Shown here in pieces: positions 55,417-64,000 of a DNA stretch of 64,000 nucleotides. The first letter of the stretch is position 1, and the number at the start of each line of letters is the position of its first letter. Source of the stretch: Vicugna vicugna (lineage: Eukaryota); assembly GCA_013265495.1 (NCBI GenBank), contig MU057944.1, positions 186,001 to 250,000 on the forward strand, given 5' to 3'. Position numbers and translations under genes: made by a program. The notes under the pieces are model-generated. The model saw only the letters and a list, made by a program, of their open reading frames with translations, did not search any database and was not told where the DNA came from.

Positions 55417-56931
55417 ACAAGGCTTTCTGTTACTAAAGCTACAGCAAAGTCCTGTTCCTCTTGTTCTTGGCCTAGAGGATGCTTTACTGTTTTAAAGCAC
55501 CTTTTGCAGATAAACTTAGTGTTCTGGGGGAGGCCCCAGTGTCACCCTGCCAAACAATTCGCATAAGCCTGCCTCTGGGATGCGCTCATTAGAGTTGAAA
55601 CCAGATACTCCTAGGAGTAGTGAGTTCTCCATCCACGAAGGCATGCAAATTTTTACATGTTACTCATTTGATCTTCACAATTCCCAAAGACTCCAGGGGA
55701 TCTTTAGGGTCCTCCCTCTCTGACCCCCCCCCAGCCCTTCCCCCAACCTGCTTACTCCTTTCCCCCCTCCCTATTCTGGACAACCCTTTGAGCCTTTTTT
55801 TCGATAAGACAAGTCAGAGTCCATCTGAGAAGTCTAAGTGTGTACGTCTGCTCACATGTGTAATTTCACAGTGCAAAAGTTTATCAGTCCTGAATGTATG
55901 TTTAGTGACAAGCTTGGCTAATCTTTCATCTAATTACATTCATTAACATTTAAATGTAAAGTCATTAATATATCTGGGCACAATGGTCTAGATATTGTAT
56001 AGAGGTCTTAGTTACAGTAGACTTCCAGTCCTGCCATAAGATTCGTGTGCCCCGCCAATTAAAGGTGTCTCAGGTAGCTGGGGGCCCTGGCTGGGGCCCT
56101 TTGCCGGGGGACGGCAGCAGCCACGGTCTCCAGCTTCCGGCTACAGCATAGAAGCAAGGCCAACAGTGGAGAAGACAAGGAAATTGGTTCTTGTGATTTC
56201 ACGATGCCACGCCTTTGTTAGCTGGAGTCTCCACCCTCCTGGAAAAGGGGGGCATCAAAGACAACAGCAAAATGTAAGATATGAACTATTGCCACTGAGA
56301 CTTTAGGGGGATCGATAAAAACACCCCCTTTCTTCCTCTGCCAAACTGAGGAGTTTCAGACTCTCCCAGGAGTCAGATGAAGATCAGAATGTGAGTTTTG
56401 TGACTGTGAAAGCTGATGGGAGACGGGGGCTCAGATCCGTGGCCGCGGCAGCTGGTTAACCCTTTATGCCAGAAGGAGACAGACGTGCCTGCCCAGACGG
56501 CACAGGTGGGCACCTGCATTGCCCCATAGTAACAGCCGTCTTCACACCTTTGAAGGCCTCTGGATTGTAAAGCTCATCTTCAGGCACTGCTCGGTCTATG
56601 AGGTTGGCAGGTTTTATTGTACGCATTCCACAAAGGAGAACGCTGAGTATCTGAGCGGTCCCGTGGCTTCCCAAAGGCACACAGCCAGTGGGAGGCAGAG
56701 CAAGACCTGAATCCTTGATGACCTGCTGTGAGTCCCACCTGGACAGAAACCCGTATTTTCCCAGCAGCTGTCCTGGGCCTGTGAGGTGACCCAGCGGGTC
56801 CCCCAGGAAGACCTGGGTCCTGCGGGGAGTTGGGATCTCATGGGCTGAGGCCACCAGGCTCCCCTCCTCCCCACCGCCAAGGCCAGCATCCTCCCCAGCC
56901 ACGCTGCTCCTGCCGCTGCCCACCCGGACAA

Positions 56932-57155
56932 AGTTAAGAGCATGAGCTCAGAGTCAGAGCTCCTGGGCTGAACCCTGCACCCCCTACTTACCCGTGGAGT
57001 CAGCCTAATGGATCTTTGCCTCAGTTTCATTTGTAAGCTGGGGACCATGATGGTAACTACTTCACAGGCTTGTTACAAAGAAAATTTAGTGAAAACTTAG
57101 AAGGTATAGAATAATACTCAACCCATAAAAAACACAATAAATATAACTGCTCCTA
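56932..57155 (+). mobile_element. MIR (near full length)
   Basis: gttaagagcatgagctcagagtcaga..ttgcctcagtttcatttgtaag..caataaatat. Confidence 0.82.
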
Positions 57156-57564
57156 CACTGTCATTGCCATTGTCATCATCAGGGCCGGGGAAGCCCACCC
57201 TGCCCTTTGTCACTCCAGCGCTGTCAGTGCGCCTTCACGGATATCTTCTCCTTTAACTCCCCACACAGTTGCACACAGACAGTGCCCCCTCTGCCTGCAC
57301 AGGACAGGGCTGGACTTTGAACCCAGGACCAACCCCAAGTTCACGTTCCTTCCCGAGCCCCAGGAGTCCTGCAGGATTCGCAGTGAGGGCAGCCCTCCCC
57401 TCGTCCACACCTGGAGCTGCCTTTCTTCACTGCCGTCCCGTTGGTTGTCCCTGATGGCGTGAGGACCACCTCCCCCCAGTTGACAAGGGCTGGTATTTAC
57501 GGAGCACTGGACACGCGCTGAGTGCATTCCATGTATAAAGCCAGTCCTATGAGGCACAGCCTAT

Positions 57565-57800
57565 TTTTAAAACTTTTTATTAAAGTATGACGTACCTACA
57601 GAAAGGCACAAATCTCGAGTTCACGGCTTGGTGAATTGTCACAGACTGAACACCCCTGTCTCACCGGCACCCAGATCAAGAAGCGTCACTGGCTTCCTGA
57701 AAGCTCTCCTGGGTCCTGTCCATGGATGGCTTCCTCCTGACTCCTCGCCACGTGGATGAAGTCTGCCCTTTTTCTCTGCCATAAAGGCTTTTGTAATTCG
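57565..57800 (-). mobile_element. L1ME/MC 3' terminus
   Basis: tttttattaaagtatgacgtacctacagaaaggcacaaatc..ggtgaattgtcacagactgaacaccc..cacccagatcaagaa. Confidence 0.82.
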
Positions 57801-58009
57801 CTCGTTCTCCTTAGATCGAGCCATCTGCCGTGGGAAGGGACCACGGTGGGTGCAGGCCTTCTGCTGAAGTTTGCCCGGGCAGCTTCCAGTTTGGAGTTTT
57901 TACAGAGAGTGCTTCTGTGAACTTCTCCAGGCAGGTCCCTCGGTGAACGTGGACGCACGCTTGCTGGGCATGGGTTGAGGCCGGCACTCCATCCCTCTTT
58001 CATGGATGC

Positions 58010-58105
58010 GAAAAACTGGGATCTGTGACTTGCCCCAGGTCACACCTCTAGTGAGTGGCAAAGCTGGGCTTGAACCCAGAAGGCTAGCTCTGGGGTCTGC
58101 TCTCT
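58010..58105 (-). mobile_element. MIR head fragment
   Basis: gtgacttgccccaggtcacacc..agtgagtggcaaagctgggcttgaacccag. Confidence 0.8.
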
Positions 58106-59209
58106 GTTGGCCGCCCTCCTTCTGAACTTGCCTGGGAAGAGGCTGTCTGTTGCTACCAGTTTGCCACCTGCATCTAACCTTGAACAGCCTGGCTGGGTCT
58201 CTGCTGGAGAGAGGGCATGGTGCGACCAGTCCCCCAGCCACTGGGTGCTCGGAGCAGTTTCCTGAAGGTTATAGAGGGTCTGATGGACCATCTTGAGAGT
58301 ATGACACCAAAGCCCAGAAAGGGTATGTAAGTTCCCAAGGCCACACAGCACACTGGCTTACACCCTGGTGTTCTGCCTCCCTGTCCCATACCTCCTTCTT
58401 CTCTCAGAGCCAAGCCAGCACTGTGCTCTTGCCTGAGAGCGACCTCACACACCAACATGAGCCTTTAAAAATAGTCCTTATTGTGTGGGGCGCGGGGCCT
58501 GTGGACCGATGCTTTCCAGAAATCTCCACCACCCCCTTCCGCCCACCCCAGTCTAGGGGATGTCACTGTTTCAGGCCCATCACCCTGCCACTATTTTTAG
58601 TGGTGATTTTGAGGAAGGAAGACTTTCCTGGACTTGCCTTCAGAGGCTGGAAAACAAGCACCACCCCCTCTCTGCCCCCAGCCTCCCCGTTCCCTTGGCA
58701 GGAAGTGGGGGCCTGGATTCCTGGGACTGCCACTCACCTTCCGGGCTTTCCAATGAGCTCCGAGCTCTTCAGAGCTGAGAGGTGGGCAGCAGCAGTAGTG
58801 TGCCCCTGTCTCCAGTTAGGACCAGGAACAGCCTGTAAAGGGCCCCCATGACCCCTCAACCCCGCAGCATCTCTTATACTGTCTGCAGGTGCCTAATCCC
58901 CTGCTGGGGGCTGGCCTCGCCCCTCCCATTTAAGTTTTCCCATTGGGAGCCCCAGGCCTCTGGGCTTGGCAGGTGCTCTCCAGGTGGCTAATAGAGGCCA
59001 CGCATCCTCTCTTCCCATCGCCACCCTGCCTGGGCTTCGAGACAGCCTTCCACCTAGTGGTCTTGCAGCCTCTGCTCAAACTCCCCCAACAAGGTGTCTG
59101 TTCCCTCTCAAGACTGCCTGTCCCCTCTAGGCGCCTCTCTTAGACCATCACTTGGAATGATAAAGCACAGCCCAGCAGTCATCCTCAGGTGCAGGCAGGG
59201 CTTCTGCTT

Positions 59210-59352
59210 TCCTTTAATCCTCACCACAGTTGAAATAGAAATTGTTATCCTACTTTATACATGAGGAAAAAGGCACAGAGAGGTTAGGGAACTTACCCAA
59301 CATCACACAGCTGGTAAATAGTGGAGCTGGGCTTCGAACCCAGGTCTCTCTC
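59210..59352 (-). mobile_element. MIR
   Basis: tttaatcctcacc..ggcacagagaggttagggaacttacccaacatcacacagctggtaaatagtggagctgggcttcgaacccagg. Confidence 0.9.
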
Positions 59353-59353
59353 T

Positions 59354-59660
59354 GCAGAGGCTGATTTCTCAGCTGCGGCTGGATGGACCCAGATCTCTCC
59401 CATGTTCCCTCTTCTGACACCTGCTCGGATCAGCCGTCCAGCCCCCATGCAAGGTCCCACAGGCATAGTTGGGCAGTATGATTAATTGCCAATATTGAAT
59501 AATAAGGAGATATTTAAAATGTAAGAATTATAATCTGGAGTTTGGCATTCTCTGGAAGAGTCGGCAGGTGTGGCGATACTGGGCCTCATTCAGTCACGGA
59601 ATAGCTGCCCCTCTAGGCGGGACGTGCGTTCTAGGTCCCCACCTGCCCTTCCTTTCTTAC
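59354..59660. mobile_element. MER102-like hAT element
   Basis: attaattgccaatatt..ttctctggaagagtcggcaggtgtggcgatactgggcctcattc resembles the recalled MER102 consensus; orientation not assigned. Confidence 0.55.
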
Positions 59661-60129
59661 TGATGGTCCCCGGTGGGGCCCTGTAGGCAGTGCGTGTTCC
59701 GCCCTGAGTATCGTGGTCCTTTCTTGAGATCCCCTAAGCTGGAGAATCAGGGAAGGAAACAGCAGCTCAAACCCTCAAGTCATCTCTCCCGGACTCTTCA
59801 CCTGCGTGGACCACACCTGGCGCTGCCCTGGAAGTACCGTCAGAGAGGCCCGGGCCCTGCCTTCTAGGCTTCTAGGCTAGCCTGGGAGACGATGGGCCTG
59901 AGCTGTTGGTCTGGTTTGCCAGCTGCTGGTGCACATTCCTGTGGGGCGGGCAGGGCTAGCGGGACATCAGGGCCCCCCTGCAGCAAGTAGAGGCATGAAC
60001 TATGGGCTTTGAAAACCCAAAAAGAAGCTGCATTGATTTCTGAAGAGGGGAAAAGGCCGGAAGCCCTGGGCAGAAAGGCAGATGCTTAAACGGCATTTCC
60101 CTGCAGTAAACGCAGAATGTGGAGTGTTA

Positions 60130-60830
60130 GGTGGTGGCGAGTTCAAAGCAGAGAAAACCAGGGACGGAGTGAGGAGAGTGTCCCGAGAAGGCTTTGCTGA
60201 GAAGTTGGCATTTGAGTCAAGACCTGGAGGAGGGAAGGAGTGGGCCGCAGGGACAGGTAGGGGAGCAAGGCGGGTGCTCCAGGCAGGGACCAGCAGAGAT
60301 GCTGGGTGGGGGGTGGGGGGGTGTGTGTGAAGCAGGAGCAGCAAGGAGGGGATGAGGGGCTAGGGGTGGTTGGGGAGGAGATCGCAGAGGTTTGGGGCTG
60401 GGGGTTGTGTGACAGATCGCATGGCCCTGGTGGGCTGTTCTGAGGGCTGCGCTCGCCCTTGAGGGAGACAGGAGAGGAGCAGAGCAGGGGCACGACCCGA
60501 CTTGCACGTTTAGGGGACACTCCCTGCTGACATAGACCGAAGGGTTGGGAGACCAGTCAGGAGGCCGCTGCATGGTGCAGACAGCGTGGTGGTGACACGG
60601 ACCAGGGTGGGGACTGAGGAGTGGCGGGAAGTGGCCAAATTCTGATAACACGCTGGAGGAGGAGCTGGCATGGCTTGCTGAGGAGTTGGGTGTGGAGGGT
60701 GAGAGAAGTAGAATCAAGGAAGATCCTGGGGTTTGGGGCCAGAGGAGCTGGAAGGCTGAGGTCCTCATGAACTGAGCCTGGGGAGACCGAGAGGAGCAGG
60801 TTGTTGGGTGGGGGGGCTTGTCAGGGACTC
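60130..60830 (-). mobile_element. L2 fragment
   Basis: agaaggctttgctgagaagttggcatttgagtcaagacctggagg..ggagaccagtcaggaggccgctgcatggtgcag..gaatcaaggaagatcctgggg. Confidence 0.78.
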
Positions 60831-60939
60831 AGTCTCAGACGTGTTAGGTTGGAGAAATGAGGCTTCAGTAAATTTTCATAGGCAGACTTCAAAGCTGATG
60901 CTTTTAACAGAACTATGTGGGCCTAAGAATCGTGAGACC

Positions 60940-61030
60940 TAGGCTGAGTCTCTGTGTGCTGTTTTTCCCCTCTCTGGGCCCCAGTTTCCACATCTGTAAA
61001 CGGAAGCTGAGCTGGAAGAACATTCTGGTG
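60940..61030 (+). mobile_element. MIR fragment
   Basis: ctctctgggccccagtttccacatctgtaaa. Confidence 0.7.
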
Positions 61031-61430
61031 GGTGTTTATTGAGGGGTTTCCCAAGCCCTTCTGGTTCCACCTGCCCACCCCTCCTTTCCCAGAATCTGTA
61101 GAGGCTGAAGGCTCAACTGGTCAGAAATGTTGAATGGAAAAGAAAGGGGGCCCCCTGCCGGCAGCAGCTGGGATCGTCACACACAGGCTGAGGTCTCCTT
61201 GATCCTGCCTGCCACCCCTCCCCACCTCTAAGCCCATGTTTGTCTGGGGTCCACCAGCCTGGGAATTTTTACAAGGGCTCCTGGCCTTGGACCATCCAGA
61301 ACCAGGCCAGCAGTCTTCTGAGCTCAGACTAATGGGAAATCTGACCATGGAATGAGGCTGTGCCCTGGGCTGGCAGAAGATCCTGCCAGCAGGATGGGGT
61401 GGCTGGAAGGGGATTCCTGAAGAGCTGCTG

Positions 61431-61472
61431 ACACACACGTGCACATATGCGCACACACACACACATACACAC
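61431..61472. repeat. Imperfect (CA)n tract
   Basis: acacacacgtgcacatatgcgcacacacacacacatacacac. Confidence 0.9.
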
Positions 61473-61709
61473 CCTCCTTCCAGCAGTCACGGAGCAGTCA
61501 TGGGGTGCATATAAGAATGTCAAACTGCCTGTGATGAAAACCTCAGAAGGCCCCCTTGAGACTGTAAGACAGATACAGAAACAGCGTTTCATAGCAGGAG
61601 CAACTGGTGTGAATATTTGGATCACCCACTGGTTTTGTGAATCAATGCAGCTTCTGCTGCTCACAGCGATGCGTTTTCATAGCAGGGCTGATGAAAGAGC
61701 TCTGTGAGG

Positions 61710-61820
61710 GGCTCAAGGTCAGATGCCAGGGATGCAAGCCCAGGGTCCGCTGCTTGAGCCTGTGGGTTTGGGTGAGTAGGTTAACCCTTTGAGCCTCAGT
61801 TCCCTCCTGTATCAGGCAGG
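61710..61820 (+). mobile_element. MIR fragment
   Basis: tttgggtgagtaggttaaccctttgagcctcagttccctcctgta. Confidence 0.7.
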
Positions 61821-61964
61821 TGCAGCCCCACCCCCAGCACACGGTCCCAGGGAGCAGATGAGGCCAACTGGGCTGTGTGGGGTTCACTGGGGCTTGGTGA
61901 TTTGGGAGCCAGCAGAGCGGTGGGGTAGGAGGGTGGGTGGGTGCCAGGGCCAGGTGGGTGCGGC

Positions 61965-62200
61965 TGCTTACTGCTTAGCCACGTTTCTTAATCTCCCTGG
62001 GTGCCCACTTCCTCATCTGTAATGTGGACTGACTTCATAAGGTGGTTGTGAAAATTAAGTGACAAAAACCCATTGGGGCTTAGAGTGGTGCCTGGCAGGT
62101 GGAAATCATTTTAATATCTAGGAAGTTGAGGCTTGGAAGGCTACGTGACTTGCTTAAGGTTTCAGAGCCAGGGACAGACCCAGATCCCCTGACCCTAGAC
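61965..62200. mobile_element. MIR (+, 61965-62105) followed by a MIR fragment (-, 62125-62200)
   Basis: cttcctcatctgtaatg..ggttgtgaaaattaagtga..gtgcctggca; then gtgacttgcttaagg. Confidence 0.7.
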
Positions 62201-63683
62201 AAATGCCCGCCCCCACACCCCACTCCGGGTGGTGTTGGCCAAGGCCATGGACATGGGGTTAGTGTTAGTGGTCGAGGCAAAGTCTCCTAGGACCTCAGAA
62301 TCAAAGGAAGCTCGCAGAATCGAGCACTCCCATGCTGGGGGGAAACTGAGGCTCGGAGAGGGGAAAGCTGAGAGCCTGGTCCCTCACTGCCCGGCAAGGT
62401 CCACACTGCAGGCACTGCCTCAGCGGGTAAGGAGAGACCCCCACGTGCTCAAAAGTGCCCCCGTAAAATCCCTTATTCTCCAGGCCCATGGCCCCCAGAA
62501 GCTCAAATGCTAAGAATTAGCCTGTGCTGTTCTTTGCCCATGGGCTGTGGCCTCCCATCGCCTGGGCATTGGAGGTGGGGGGGGTGCTTTGCCCGAGGCA
62601 GGAGGAAAGAGACCTTTCTTCTCTCTCTGGCCCCCACCTGCCAAGAGTCGCATTTGCAGAAGTTAAACTGCTCCACCCTGCCCCGTGTCTGTGCTAGGGA
62701 ATGTGGCCTCCCAAGCCAGGGAAGGAGGACGGGGTCTGCTGTGGAAAAGCAAACTTCAGAAGCTTGAGAAGAGTGATGCCCGCAGAGAAATCGTCACCGG
62801 GCCGCAGCCAAGCCCCTGGCTACACCCTCCAACCATGCATGCATCTGGCCTCCTGGAGTCAGAAAAATCAGTCCCTTCCCCACACACCCTCCCTCCCATC
62901 CCCAGAGTCCCCAGATTCCCGGGAGCTGGGCTGGTCTCCTTCCGAGATCCTGCAGGGTCTGCTGGGTATGACATCACCCGTCTCCATGGCAGTGGTTCCG
63001 GTGGTCTGGCTGCTGGAATGGAACATGCCTGGGTGAAGCCGTATGGCTGGGCAGGAGAACGGAACGCTGGGGAGCTTGGGGCCGAGGCAGGAGGCCGGTC
63101 ACAGAGGGAAACTGTCATGCTTGTGGACCATCAGCTCACCTTGCATTAGGAGCATTCAGAGAACGTCAAACAGGGTTTTGAAGGAAAACAAAAGCATATT
63201 TATGACAACGGAAGGAAGTACACGTTCCATTGTATAAATTTCATAGCTGTGTCTGTAGTTTAAGTTATTTCTTGGGGGTCTGTCGGTCTAACCTCCTTGC
63301 TTCCTTTAAGTGTTACAATACTGCCCCCCTTTCGGGGAACCCCCCCATCTATTGGGGTGGCAGCACTTGGGGACGTTTGGGCTCAGTGGGGACACACACA
63401 CCCACTTTCCCACCTCTGGCCAGTGCAGGCGTCCCCAGGCACTCCCCGGTCCTGCTCCTCTGTGTGCGTTTCCTTGCGTGGGTTGTGGGTGTGTATGCTT
63501 CTGAACAGCTCGGCAGACCGCACAGCGGCTCCTTGGCTCACACTGGTTCCAGAGGCACCTTATCTTCGTTTTTAAGTGATCCTCACTCAGCACTCATTCT
63601 GAGAGATTCGGCTTTTGTGTTTTCTCAGTCCTCAGCCTGGCAGGGTCCAGCCCAGAGTTGGGCAGAGGAGGGACCCACCCCTA

Positions 63684-63699
63684 CCCCCCCCCCCCCCCC
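63684..63699. repeat. C16 homopolymer
   Basis: Directly visible. Confidence 0.95.
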
Positions 63700-63786
63700 A
63701 GGGGAGCCCCAGGTGAGGAAACAGGGTGAAGCCTTTCGTGAGGGGTGGGAGGGTGACGGCCCTTCTCACAGCCTGCCTGGATCTAT

Positions 63787-64000
63787 CGGTTAGGAACACA
63801 CTGGGCTGCACATGATGAGAAATCCCACAAACAGTGGGGTTTATTTTGCTTCAGTTACCAGGAATCCTGACCTTGGTGGTGCCATCAAGGGTCCATGCCC
63901 CTTCTGTCTTTCTGCTCCCCGTTTTCAGCTCATGTCTTCATCCTTGTGCTCATAAGATGGCTGCTGTGCCTCAGGATGTCACATCCAAATTCCCAGCAGG
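63787..64000 (-). mobile_element. MLT1J-like LTR, cut by the window edge
   Basis: ggttaggaacacactgggctgca..cccacaaacagtgg..ttctgtctttctgctcc..aagatggctgctgtgcctcagg. Confidence 0.8.

Larger units (their letters stand above)
1..64000 (+). other. KAZN: Window lies within the KAZN (kazrin) transcription unit: intron upstream of the shared coiled-coil exon, that exon, and about 46.5 kb of the following intron
   Basis: Single recognisable KAZN exon at 17268-17459. The next exon (AMKADRKRLKGEK) was not found downstream in the window. Remainder is repeat-rich non-coding DNA. Confidence 0.9.

Noticed and set aside
17460-64000. KAZN exon 3 (AMKADRKRLKGEKTDLV...) or later exons
   Set aside because: No matching peptide in the ORF track or by eye; the intron evidently extends past the window.
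1-64000. Enrichment of TCF/LEF, AP-1 or GRHL-variant motifs across the window
   Set aside because: Rough counts are close to the number expected by chance for 7-8-mers in 64 kb.

Overview
Mammalian genomic DNA, most likely a camelid (alpaca, llama or camel). That is inferred from one young tRNA-Ala-derived SINE of the camelid vic-1 type and the apparent absence of Alu, B1/B2, Bov-tA, PRE1 or Can-SINE copies. The window lies inside KAZN (kazrin, periplakin-interacting protein), transcribed on the + strand. The only coding sequence I can support is one 192-bp internal exon (17268-17459; LLREEVSRLQEEVHLLRQMKEMLMKDLEESQGGKSSEVLSATELRVQLAQKEQELARAKEALQ), with a clean branch point, acceptor and donor. 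A probable alternative non-coding first exon and promoter for the short kazrin isoform ends at a strong donor at 2672. The next KAZN exon (AMKADRKRLK...) is not in the window. The rest is GC-rich intron dense with old repeats: about 40 MIR fragments, L2, L1M fragments, MLT1 LTRs, a 1.4-kb Charlie1a fossil, and MER53, MER81, MER102-like, MER104 and Tigger MITEs. Apart from the KAZN exon, the supplied ORF track looks like chance open frames in GC-rich DNA. I found no prokaryotic-type system, CRISPR array or intact mobile element, and no evidence of a wholly new biological system. The best leads are modest and testable: unannotated-looking in-frame splice options that could give kazrin new N-termini (one with a myristoylation/palmitoylation signature), several frame-preserving micro or cassette exon candidates, an intragenic CpG island, a MER53 hairpin resembling miR-1302, and a clean 30-bp micro-inversion inside a MIR. 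Repeat family names come from recalled consensus sequences and their boundaries are approximate (about +/-20 bp); no alignment tool was run.
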